Positions 37,617 through 45,620 of a stretch of 64,000 bases of DNA are shown piece after piece. The DNA comes from Erysipelotrichaceae bacterium (GTDB lineage Bacteria; Bacillota_I; Bacilli_A; Erysipelotrichales; Erysipelotrichaceae), in NCBI GenBank assembly GCA_045540935.1, contig JAZQIF010000117.1, forward strand, positions 875-64,874, in the 5' to 3' direction. The notes below the pieces were generated by a model. The model saw only the letters and a program-made list of their open reading frames with translations. It was not told where the DNA came from and did not search any database. Numbering within the stretch: the stretch's first letter is position 1; every line of letters starts with the position of its first letter. The position numbers and the translations under genes are program-made.

Positions 37617-38600
37617 TTACGCTTCTTTTAACTGTTCCAGAAGGATCTGATGGACTTTGGCAGAGTCCATATGGTAGATGACTTCGACTTTGGAATCGTT
37701 ATTGAACATCCCCCTGCGGTCTATTACCATCTGGCCGTCCGCCATACCGCCTGAGATATCGATATTGACGATGTCTCTTCTTTTTTCCGTGATGACCGAA
37801 GGGTCGATCAAAGGAGCGACCGCCGCATAGTCGTAGATGCAGCAGTCCTCAAGTCCGCCATGGAATAACAGGTCGCATCTTCGTATATAGCCGTCGAGCT
37901 CTTCGGCGATAAAGCTTGCCGCCGGTGTATTGAGGTCAGCGATATCCTGAATGTCCTTTCGGGTATAGGTGGCACCTTCCTCGCAGGCTTCGATCGGACA
38001 GACGATGCAATGTGCACCGCTGGATAAGACGATCTGGGCAGCTTCCGGATCATCGTAGAAGTTGGCTTCGGCAAGCGGTGTGCGGTTTCCGATATACAAG
38101 CCGCCGCCCATGATGTAGATGGTACCGATGTTTTCGACGATCTTCGGCTCAAGACGCAAGGCCATGCCAAGATTTGTCAATGGACCGACAGCACAGATGT
38201 CGATCTTTTCTTCACTGTTTTTCAGTGTTTCGATCAGATAGGAACAGGCGTGTTTTTCTTCAACTTTGCGCTCAGGAAGCGGCAGTGGGAATTCCTTCTC
38301 GTGGATCAGCACTTCCTTGCCGTCGACTTCCATGCGGATGCGTTCCATCAGCGTGTTGTAGTCTCTTCCTTTGATGAGATCTCTGACCATCGGACTTTCA
38401 CACCCCTTATAGACCGGGATGTCCTTGCCACAAAGGTGGGAAACTTTCAGGGCATTATTGACGACGTCATCCGCCGGGATATTTCCTTTGACACAGGTGA
38501 TGGCGATCACTTCCAGGTCTTTTTCTTTCAATAAGGCGATCAGCGCCACCGCGTCATCGCAGCCGATATCACAGTCAAATATGATCTTATTATGTTTCAT
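37617..38600 (-). CDS. nucleoside hydrolase (IUNH family)
   Basis: N-terminal DCDIGCDDAVAL (DxDxxxDD calcium/ribose motif). 327 aa. Confidence 0.85.
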   Translation of the reverse strand: MKHNKIIFDCDIGCDDAVALIALLKEKDLEVIAITCVKGNIPADDVVNNALKVSHLCGKDIPVYKGCESPMVRDLIKGRDYNTLMERIRMEVDGKEVLIHEKEFPLPLPERKVEEKHACSYLIETLKNSEEKIDICAVGPLTNLGMALRLEPKIVENIGTIYIMGGGLYIGNRTPLAEANFYDDPEAAQIVLSSGAHCIVCPIEACEEGATYTRKDIQDIADLNTPAASFIAEELDGYIRRCDLLFHGGLEDCCIYDYAAVAPLIDPSVITEKRRDIVNIDISGGMADGQMVIDRRGMFNNDSKVEVIYHMDSAKVHQILLEQLKEA

Positions 38601-38632
38601 CGTATTTACCTCGCTTTCAGTATAGCAGATTA

Positions 38633-38662
38633 TTGACTATGGCAATTTGAGCGTGATAAATT
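38633..38662 (+). promoter_or_regulatory. promoter of the hydrolase/deaminase/phosphorylase operon
   Basis: -35 TTGACT (38633-38638), 18-nt spacer, extended -10 TGaTAAATT (38654-38662). Confidence 0.5.
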
Positions 38663-38729
38663 GAAATTGTAAAGTTGCTTCTGTAGAAGTATAAGAGTGA
38701 ATGCAAATTCATATCAACGAAGTTAGTTG

Positions 38730-38756
38730 GCCGGCTTTCAAAGCTGGCTTATTTTG
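38730..38756 (+). terminator. terminator-like hairpin inside the 5' leader (candidate attenuator)
   Basis: GCCGGC-tttcaaa-GCTGGC followed by TTATTTTG. It ends 26 nt before the 38782 start codon. Confidence 0.4.
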
Positions 38757-38781
38757 TCTATAGGGTGCATAAGGAGCTTAT

Positions 38782-39534
38782 ATGAAAGACAATTTCAAAG
38801 TGAGCCTTTGCTGCCCGATCCCGAGGGTCGGTTTCGGGATAGGAGAAAGGCATTGCGAAGATGCGATCTTCCAGATGGAAGGCTATCTTTCTTCATGCAA
38901 AGGAGACATCATCGTCTTCCCCGAAGGCTATATCCCTTCCGATAAGACAGAAGAAGTGGTGCGGCTGGCTCATAAATACGATAAGTGGATCATCACGGGC
39001 TGCGAGGATGATCCTCCCCGCAAAAACTTATATACGCTTCTCATTTCGCCGGAGAACGGCTTGCTTTATTGCCATCAGAAGACAGCACTGACCGATGGTG
39101 ACCGTAAAAACGGAGCGATCGCCGGAGACAAGATCCATGCGATCGATTCGCCATTCGGAAAGATCGGCATCGTCTTGTGTTATGAGATCCATTTTCCGGA
39201 AGTGGCCAGGATCGAATGCATCGAAGGTGCCCGCATCCTGTTCAATACGATCGGTACCGGCATGTGGCATGAGCAGCAGTTTTCTGAATGGACTGCGATC
39301 GCCAGGGCCAGAGCGATCGAAAACCGCTGCTTCGTCGTGGGATGTACCCATTTCTGTGATCCGATCCCGCTGGTCTTTGCCTATGATCCGCATGGCCGGA
39401 CATTATTGTTGAAAAGAAATGAAGAAGGCCTGTTCGATGTGGATATCGATATGGCTCTGATCGATGAGAGAGATTATTTCAAGGACAGAAATCCGAAAGC
39501 ATACACCAAGATCTGTGAGGAGGAGATATTATGA
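38782..39534 (+). CDS. carbon-nitrogen hydrolase (nitrilase superfamily)
   Basis: The Glu-Lys-Cys triad is visible: VFPEGY, YCHQKTAL, IVLCYEIHFPE. 250 aa. RBS AAGGAG. Confidence 0.8.
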   Translation: MKDNFKVSLCCPIPRVGFGIGERHCEDAIFQMEGYLSSCKGDIIVFPEGYIPSDKTEEVVRLAHKYDKWIITGCEDDPPRKNLYTLLISPENGLLYCHQKTALTDGDRKNGAIAGDKIHAIDSPFGKIGIVLCYEIHFPEVARIECIEGARILFNTIGTGMWHEQQFSEWTAIARARAIENRCFVVGCTHFCDPIPLVFAYDPHGRTLLLKRNEEGLFDVDIDMALIDERDYFKDRNPKAYTKICEEEIL

Positions 39535-40868
39535 GCGATTTTCTGATCAGAAATGCCGATGTGGCGAATTTTGACGATCTGACGACGTCACGAAAGGGCA
39601 TCCTTATCAAAGATGGAAGGTTTGAAAAGATCGCCGATGCCATCGATCCGGCTTTATACCCGGATGCGCAAGTCATCGATGCGAAGGGGATGCTGGCGAT
39701 GCCGGGCTTTACCGATTGCCATTCCCATGTCTATCAGACTTTCATCAAGGGACCGCTGGATGACCTGGTGATCACCGAATGGCTGGTAAGACTCTTCACA
39801 TTCGAAGAGTATATGACCGATGAAGATTACTATTATGCGACACTTCTCTCCTGTCTCTCGGCGATGCGTTTTGGTACGACGACGATCAACGAGATGGGCG
39901 GCTATGAACATATGGATGCGACGCTTCAGGCTTTTGAAGATGCCGGCATCCGGGTGACGTTTGGCATCTCGACGACCGACATCCCGGAAAACGAAGTGAC
40001 ACCGATCATTTCCGTCGAAGAAGCGATCGCCAGAAGTGAGGAAGTCTATCGTAAGTGCCATGGCCGCAATCACGGCCTGATGAAAGCTTCGGTCGCCCCG
40101 GCAGGCCTGCCGGCAGTGTCAGGTGAGATGGCTAAGGCTTTGAAGGCCTGGGCAAATGAAAGAGGACTCATCTATCACACCCACCTTGGTGAAGGAAAGA
40201 TGGAGACCGAAAGAGTCGCGAAGGAATACGGGCTTGGCGGCGAGGCGGAAGCCTTGGAATCGCTGGGCATATTGGATGAGAAGACCCTGCTGGCGCATTC
40301 GATCTGGCTCTCCGACCACGAGATCGACATCATCGCCAAAAGCGGTGCCATTCCGGTCCATTGTCCGAATACCAACATGAAGATCTCTGACGGCATCCCG
40401 AAGATCGCGCAGATGCTTGAAAAGGGCATCCCGGTCGCGATGGGCTGTGATGGCGAAGCTTCAAGCGGTACCAAGGATATGGTCAGAGAAGGAAAGGCCG
40501 GTTCCTATCTGCAGAAGGCAGTGACTTTGGATCCGACCGTGATGGATGCCGGTACGACTTTCAAAATGATGACGGTCAATGGCGCAAAGGCTCTCGGTTA
40601 TGATGACCTGGGTCTGATCAAAGAGGGTTATCAGGCAGACCTGATCTTAGTCAACATGGAAGATGATCTTTCTTTGACGGACCGCGACCACAGGATCGGC
40701 AATCTTCTCTATGCCGGTACCGGACACGCCGTCGATACGGTCTTTGTGGCCGGACAGCTCAAAGTGAGGAATAAAAAACTCGTCGATTTCGATGAAGAGT
40801 TCATATTGCGTAAATGCAACGACCTGATCCATGACCTCAATGTCAGGACAGGCTATGTAAAGGAGTAA
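39531..40868 (+). CDS. amidohydrolase of the ATZ/TRZ (MtaD/SsnA/guanine-cytosine deaminase-like) group
   Basis: MPGFTDCHSHVYQ (HxH), YHTHLGE, LLAHSIW, HCPNTNMKISDG, MGCDGEASS. ATGA overlap with the upstream gene. Confidence 0.8.
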   Translation: MSDFLIRNADVANFDDLTTSRKGILIKDGRFEKIADAIDPALYPDAQVIDAKGMLAMPGFTDCHSHVYQTFIKGPLDDLVITEWLVRLFTFEEYMTDEDYYYATLLSCLSAMRFGTTTINEMGGYEHMDATLQAFEDAGIRVTFGISTTDIPENEVTPIISVEEAIARSEEVYRKCHGRNHGLMKASVAPAGLPAVSGEMAKALKAWANERGLIYHTHLGEGKMETERVAKEYGLGGEAEALESLGILDEKTLLAHSIWLSDHEIDIIAKSGAIPVHCPNTNMKISDGIPKIAQMLEKGIPVAMGCDGEASSGTKDMVREGKAGSYLQKAVTLDPTVMDAGTTFKMMTVNGAKALGYDDLGLIKEGYQADLILVNMEDDLSLTDRDHRIGNLLYAGTGHAVDTVFVAGQLKVRNKKLVDFDEEFILRKCNDLIHDLNVRTGYVKE

Positions 40869-40870
40869 GG

Positions 40871-41704
40871 ATGAAAGTACGGGAAAAGAAATATCTGGAT
40901 TCCAAGGGAAGATTGTATTTCACCGGATTAAAGGAAGGTGATATCGCAAAGACTGTCCTGATGCCCGGTGATCTGGCAAGATCGAAGGTCATTGCCGACT
41001 GTTTCAAAGAAGCCCATTTCGTCAACGGACAAAGGACCTATTACACCTATAGCGGCGTGACTGAGAAGGATGTGCCGATCTCGGTCATCTCTTCCGGCAT
41101 GGGACCTCTGGCGGTCTCGACGGTCGCCGAGGAGTGTTCACAGATCGGCATGAAGTATCTGATCCGTGTGGGTACCGGTGCTGCCTTATTGACGGATTAT
41201 CGGCCGGGACGCATCATCATTGCGACAGGCTGCGTCAGAGGGGACGGAAACTCCTACGAGTATGTACCTGCCGAGTATCCGGCGATCGCCGATCCGTATG
41301 TGACGATGGCCCTCATCAAGGCGTGCAAGGAATTCGGCGAAGATCCGATCATCGGCCTATACCGGGCTCATGATTCCTATTACCGCGAGACTTCTACGGC
41401 AATGATCGATACCTATGAAAGGATGAAACCGTGGGTCGATGCCGGCGTAAAGATGGTGGAGAATGAATCGGCGACTCTGTTCACTGTCGGTCCGCAGCTG
41501 GGACTTCGCTGCGGTTCGATCTGCGTATCGCACACTTCGATGGTCGAAGATACCATCTACTATACCGGTCCGAAGTCGGAAGAAGCTTATCCGGAAGCGT
41601 TCGAGGATGATTTCATGGACAAGCGGATCAAGGTCTGCTCAAAGATCGCCGTACGGGCAGCCGAGATCATCGATGAGATGGAAAAGAAAGGAGTCATACG
41701 CTGA
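40871..41704 (+). CDS. PNP/UDP (NP-I) family nucleoside phosphorylase, paralogue 1
   Basis: Aligns by eye to E. coli Udp blocks: PGDLAR, SSGMGPLAVSTVAEE, IRVGTGAA, GCVRGDGNS, EYPAIAD, VENESATLFTV. Confidence 0.75.
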   Translation: MKVREKKYLDSKGRLYFTGLKEGDIAKTVLMPGDLARSKVIADCFKEAHFVNGQRTYYTYSGVTEKDVPISVISSGMGPLAVSTVAEECSQIGMKYLIRVGTGAALLTDYRPGRIIIATGCVRGDGNSYEYVPAEYPAIADPYVTMALIKACKEFGEDPIIGLYRAHDSYYRETSTAMIDTYERMKPWVDAGVKMVENESATLFTVGPQLGLRCGSICVSHTSMVEDTIYYTGPKSEEAYPEAFEDDFMDKRIKVCSKIAVRAAEIIDEMEKKGVIR

Positions 41705-42507
41705 TGACAGAAAAGATCAAAAACGGTTTTGACTCGATCCCCCAGCTGGAAAAAGACGGGACCGTCCATCATTTAGGCATTGACCATTCGCAGATCGGGG
41801 AAGGGGTCATCCTGACTTCCAATCTGGAGCGTGTGGAGCTCATCAAAAATCGTTTCGATGAGGCGAAACGGGAAGCGTTCCACAGAGAATACATCACCTA
41901 TACCGGGACTTTTGATGGCGTAAGGATGTCGGCCATGTCGATCGGCAACGGCTGCATGCCGACCGAGATCGCTGTGGAAGAACTGCGTCATGTCGGATGC
42001 AAGCGCATGATCAAAGTTGGCTCCTGCTACGCCATCGATCCGGATATCAAACCGGGCACGATCTTCGTCCCGACCGGGGCTTGCCGCTGTGAGGGGGCGA
42101 CACTCGAATATGTCAATATCCAATACCCGGCAGTCAGTGACCTGCAGACTTTCTTTGCCTTGTTACAAAGTGCGAAAGAAAAAGGTGCCGAGGTAAAGAC
42201 CGGCATCATCCGTACCCATGACGGATTGTTTCTGGAATCACCGTTTGCCCATGAGGGAGTCAGGGAAAGGATCGTCCCGTGGCAGAAAGTCGGTGTTTCT
42301 TGCGTGGACAACGAGTGTGCGACGATGTTTACGGTCGCCTCGATCTTGCAGATGCAGGCCGGCTGCATCTATGTGGTGACCGACAACCTTGAAACAGGCG
42401 AAGCGATGGATTATGAAAAGGATTATGAAAACAAGATCATCGAGATCATCGATATCGCTATTTCTGCCATGGCGAAGCTGATCAGGGGAGAGGAATATGA
42501 AATATAA
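41704..42507 (+). CDS. PNP/UDP (NP-I) family nucleoside phosphorylase, paralogue 2 (divergent)
   Basis: SIGNGCMPTEIAVEE, IKVGSCYA (Lys where paralogues 1 and 3 have Arg), GACRCEGAT, QYPAVSD, VDNECATMFTV. TGATG overlap with paralogue 1. Confidence 0.7.
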   Translation: MTEKIKNGFDSIPQLEKDGTVHHLGIDHSQIGEGVILTSNLERVELIKNRFDEAKREAFHREYITYTGTFDGVRMSAMSIGNGCMPTEIAVEELRHVGCKRMIKVGSCYAIDPDIKPGTIFVPTGACRCEGATLEYVNIQYPAVSDLQTFFALLQSAKEKGAEVKTGIIRTHDGLFLESPFAHEGVRERIVPWQKVGVSCVDNECATMFTVASILQMQAGCIYVVTDNLETGEAMDYEKDYENKIIEIIDIAISAMAKLIRGEEYEI

Positions 42508-43306
42508 GTCGGCAAAGCTCGTCAATGAGAAAGGAAAGATGTGGCACATCGGCTTAGATGAGAATGATTGCGGAAAGCATTTCATTTTACCTGCCGATCC
42601 GGCAAGATGCGAGATGGTGGCAAAGCATTTCGATACTGCCGAACTCAAAGCCATAGCCAGAGGAAATCCCACCTATACCGGGACCTATCACGATGTTCCG
42701 GTCTCGGTCATGTGTACCGGCATGGGTTCCATGGCGGTCTCGGTCGCCGTGGAGGAACTCAAACACTTAGGCGTGAAGACGATGATCCGCATGGGGACCT
42801 GCGGTTCTTTGCAGGCAAATCTGCCGGAGAACTGTTTCGTGATCGCGACCGGAGCGATACGCGGGGAAGGAGCTTCGAAAGAATACATCCCTTTGGAATA
42901 TCCGGCAGTTGCCGATGTCGATGTAGTCTGCGCCTTGCGCAAGGCTTGCGAAGAATATGGCGTGAAGCCATATCTTGGCATCGTGCGGAGTCATGACTCT
43001 TTCTATATCGAATCGCCAGGCGCTCATGAAGGATATCTAGAAAGGATACAGCCGTGGACCGATGCGGGTGCTCTGGCGGTAGAAAACGAGTCTTCGGCCT
43101 TATTTACGGTCGCTTCTTTGCTGGGCGGCATCCGGGCAGGAACGATCCTTCTTTGCGGAGGTTACCTCGGAAGCAGCTATGGAAGCATGTCGACTTCCAA
43201 TAAGGACGGCTATGCGCAGAAAGTGGACTTGATGTCAAAGATCACCTTACGGGCGATCGAGATCATTGATGGATTGGATGATCTTAAAGACATACGGGAA
43301 GTTTAG
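42497..43306 (+). CDS. PNP/UDP (NP-I) family nucleoside phosphorylase, paralogue 3
   Basis: PADPAR, CTGMGSMAVSVAVEE, IRMGTCGS, GAIRGEGAS, EYPAVAD, VENESSALFTV. 11-nt overlap with paralogue 2. Confidence 0.75.
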   Translation: MKYKSAKLVNEKGKMWHIGLDENDCGKHFILPADPARCEMVAKHFDTAELKAIARGNPTYTGTYHDVPVSVMCTGMGSMAVSVAVEELKHLGVKTMIRMGTCGSLQANLPENCFVIATGAIRGEGASKEYIPLEYPAVADVDVVCALRKACEEYGVKPYLGIVRSHDSFYIESPGAHEGYLERIQPWTDAGALAVENESSALFTVASLLGGIRAGTILLCGGYLGSSYGSMSTSNKDGYAQKVDLMSKITLRAIEIIDGLDDLKDIREV

Positions 43307-43948
43307 ATGAAACATATCGATCTGAAAGCTTTCCTTGTACGTTTTGCGATCAGCTTCTTTGCCTCGGCGATCTCCAGTTTCGGTATCGGCTGCTACTATA
43401 ACTGCGGTTTCGGGACCGATCCGATCTCGATCTTCGTCGACGGACTGCATGGTCATTTTGGTCTGTCCTATGGAACGATCTCGACCATCTGCAACGTCAT
43501 ACAGACGATCTTCATCTTCATTTTCATAAGGAAGTATCTGGGTCCCGGTACGCTTCTGGGCGTATTGACCGGCGGTCCTTTGATCGATCTCTCGGAGATC
43601 ATGATGCGAAACCTTTTCCAGGCAGATCAGACGGCATTGACTGTCAGGATACTCATCCTGATCGTCGCTCTGATCACGACAGGGATCGGTTATGGCATGG
43701 GCATCGGGGCAGAAATGGGTGTCGGCTGTTTTCAGTTTTTGCCTTTGTTTCTGAGCGAGAAGACACCGCTTGAGCTCAAGTATACGCAAGTCATCACGGA
43801 CGCTTTATTTTTCTTCACCGGTCTTCTTTTGGGCGGGGTGGTCGGCATCGGATCGATCGTTTCGGTCCTTGCGACAGGTTATTTTCTCGACATCGGTCTG
43901 AAGCTGACGGAGCATCTGAACAAGGATGTCGGACCGTGGTATTTATGA
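43307..43948 (+). CDS. YczE/YitT-like small polytopic membrane protein (putative transporter)
   Basis: 213 aa, about 6 TM helices, with an N-terminal FGIGCYYNCGFGTDPISIF motif. The start abuts the stop of paralogue 3. Confidence 0.45.
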   Translation: MKHIDLKAFLVRFAISFFASAISSFGIGCYYNCGFGTDPISIFVDGLHGHFGLSYGTISTICNVIQTIFIFIFIRKYLGPGTLLGVLTGGPLIDLSEIMMRNLFQADQTALTVRILILIVALITTGIGYGMGIGAEMGVGCFQFLPLFLSEKTPLELKYTQVITDALFFFTGLLLGGVVGIGSIVSVLATGYFLDIGLKLTEHLNKDVGPWYL

Positions 43949-43987
43949 ACATTTTGTGCATAATTTCGGATACCCGTCTCTGAATTG

Positions 43988-43996
43988 TGTTATACT
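43988..43996 (+). promoter_or_regulatory. extended -10 element TGtTATACT
   Basis: It precedes the structured RNA region. No clear -35 element at canonical spacing. Confidence 0.4.
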
Positions 43997-44022
43997 GAAT
44001 CTGAACTTGAAAACACAGTAAG

Positions 44023-44119
44023 AACTCCCCATGATCTGACTGCTTTATTTTGGTATAAGCCGACTGCGCATATCTGGTCGGATTATATAGAAGGAGCAGG
44101 TGCGAGCTTATGGGGAGTT
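44023..44119 (+). ncRNA. candidate structured RNA (leader or sRNA): 97-nt rod-like hairpin
   Basis: P1 is AACTCCCCAT (44023-44032) paired with ATGGGGAGTT (44110-44119). P2 is CTGCT (44040-44044) paired with AGCAG (44095-44099). The apical hairpin is GTATAA.CCGAC (44053-44064) paired with GTCGG.TTATAT (44077-44088). The element lies between a promoter-like element and a strong terminator. Confidence 0.35.
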
Positions 44120-44155
44120 TGTCTTGTATCTGCTTCTTTGTATGAGACATATTTC

Positions 44156-44184
44156 ACAGGTACTGCTGAAGGTACCTGTTTTTA
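44156..44184 (+). terminator. intrinsic terminator closing the structured RNA
   Basis: ACAGGTAC-tgctgaag-GTACCTGT followed by TTTTTAT. Confidence 0.75.
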
Positions 44185-44227
44185 TATTTCAGAGGCTTAT
44201 TTGAAAACGTCTAAGACAAAAAGCTAC

Positions 44228-44257
44228 TTGTAACCGTCAAATAAGAGATGTTAAAAT
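44228..44257 (+). promoter_or_regulatory. second promoter directly upstream of the BMP ABC operon
   Basis: -35 TTGTAA (44228-44233), 18-nt spacer, extended -10 TGtTAAAAT (44249-44257). Confidence 0.45.
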
Positions 44258-44358
44258 TTATTTAGATATGTGTATATGGAAGACAGAATATATCCGATAA
44301 GATAGAAGGCGTTTTTTATGTATGCAGATCTGTTTTTTCAAGAAAGAAGGAGAAAAAA

Positions 44359-45543
44359 ATGAAGAAATTTCTTACGTTAGCTCTCGCTTTGCTTCTTACG
44401 ATGTGCTTATTCGGCTGCGCTAAGAAGGAAGGCGGCAATGAAGGCGAAGCAACTCCTGCAGCAAGCGATGAACATTACGATGTCGTATTCCTTGCTGACC
44501 TGGGTTCCATCTATGATGGCGGCTTCAACGAGCACTCATTCTATGGTATCAAGGACTATTGTGAAGAGAACGGCCTGAAGTACACGTACTTACAGCCTGC
44601 AGGTTCCGATGATGCTTCCAGAACGACGATCTTCGAACAGGCAGTCAACCAGATGTCTGCAGATGTCTTAGTCGCTGTCGGCTTCTTATGGGATGCTGCA
44701 CTCTGCCAGGAGATCCCGAATTATCCGGATGTCAAAGTCATCTTCGTCGATGCCGATGACCTCTACAACATCGACTACAACTATGACGGTGTCGATGATT
44801 CCCTGCCTCATCAGGACAACCTGGCGATGATCACATTCGCTGAGCAGGACTGCGGTTACATGGCCGGTTACGCTGTCGTCAAAGACGGTTACAGAAACCT
44901 GGCATTCATGGGTGGTATGGCTGTTCCGGCTGTCGTCAGATTCGGTTACGGCTTCATCGAAGGTGCGGAAGATGCTGCTGAAGAACTCGGTTTGGCTGAA
45001 GGCTCCATCGATATGAAATACTTCTATACCGGTACATTCGATGCTTCTCCGGATATCGTTACCAGAGCTTCCGAATGGTACACCAACGGTACAGAGATCA
45101 TCTTCTCCTGCGGCGGTACGATCGTCAACTCCGTTATCCAGGCTGCTAAGGATGGCGAAAACAGAAAGATCGTCGGTGTCGATACCGATGAATACTTCAC
45201 AAGAGCTGCTGACGGTGCTGAAAACGAACCATTATTCGTCACTTCCGCTATGAAGGATCTGGAAGTCACGATCTACAGAGCTGTCAAGGCTGCTTACGCC
45301 GGCGGTTCCGAATGGTCCAACTACACGAGCCAGGGCCTGATCCGTTTAGGTGCTAAGGAAGACGGTGCTATCCTTGCTCCGTACAGAGCTGAAAACTGGA
45401 ACACATTCACAGAAGAAGATTACAATGCTGTCAAGCAGCAGGTCATCGCTGTTCATGATACATTACCGACCGAAGTCGATGGTGTCAACGGTGCTCCTGT
45501 CGACGGCTACAAGTACGTCAACGTTACTTACTTCGAACAGTAA
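44359..45543 (+). CDS. BMP-family (PnrA/TmpC-like) nucleoside-binding ABC lipoprotein
   Basis: Lipobox LFGC after MKKFLTLALALLLTMC. The blocks FLADLGSIYDGGFNE...VGF...GVDTDEY are typical of the basic membrane protein family. Confidence 0.85.
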   Translation: MKKFLTLALALLLTMCLFGCAKKEGGNEGEATPAASDEHYDVVFLADLGSIYDGGFNEHSFYGIKDYCEENGLKYTYLQPAGSDDASRTTIFEQAVNQMSADVLVAVGFLWDAALCQEIPNYPDVKVIFVDADDLYNIDYNYDGVDDSLPHQDNLAMITFAEQDCGYMAGYAVVKDGYRNLAFMGGMAVPAVVRFGYGFIEGAEDAAEELGLAEGSIDMKYFYTGTFDASPDIVTRASEWYTNGTEIIFSCGGTIVNSVIQAAKDGENRKIVGVDTDEYFTRAADGAENEPLFVTSAMKDLEVTIYRAVKAAYAGGSEWSNYTSQGLIRLGAKEDGAILAPYRAENWNTFTEEDYNAVKQQVIAVHDTLPTEVDGVNGAPVDGYKYVNVTYFEQ

Positions 45544-45566
45544 TATCATTTATCACTGAATTGTCT

Positions 45567-45591
45567 AGGGAGGTGCGTTATACACCTCCCT
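45567..45591 (+). terminator. intercistronic hairpin (partial terminator/mRNA stabiliser) after the SBP gene
   Basis: Perfect 9-bp stem AGGGAGGTG-cgttata-CACCTCCCT followed by an interrupted T-tract, TACGTTTATTT. Confidence 0.5.
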
Positions 45592-45620
45592 TACGTTTAT
45601 TTGACGAAAGGATAAGTATT

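Noticed and set aside
44070-44105. Resemblance of GGTCGG...GAAGGAGCAGG to the SRP RNA domain IV core (GGUCCGGAAGGAAGCAGC).
   Set aside because: There is no GNRA-capped helix 8 and no symmetric/asymmetric loop pair. The similarity is limited to a purine-rich run that also reads as a Shine-Dalgarno sequence.
44201-44216. cre-like (CcpA) site TTGAAAACGTCTAAGA upstream of the nucleoside ABC operon.
   Set aside because: It mismatches the right half of the cre consensus (WTGNAANCGNWNNCW) at two or more conserved positions.
43985-44233. 82-aa ORF (TTG start) spanning the structured intergenic region.
   Set aside because: It starts inside the promoter element, has no RBS and runs through a strong terminator hairpin. 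The region is better explained as RNA structure.
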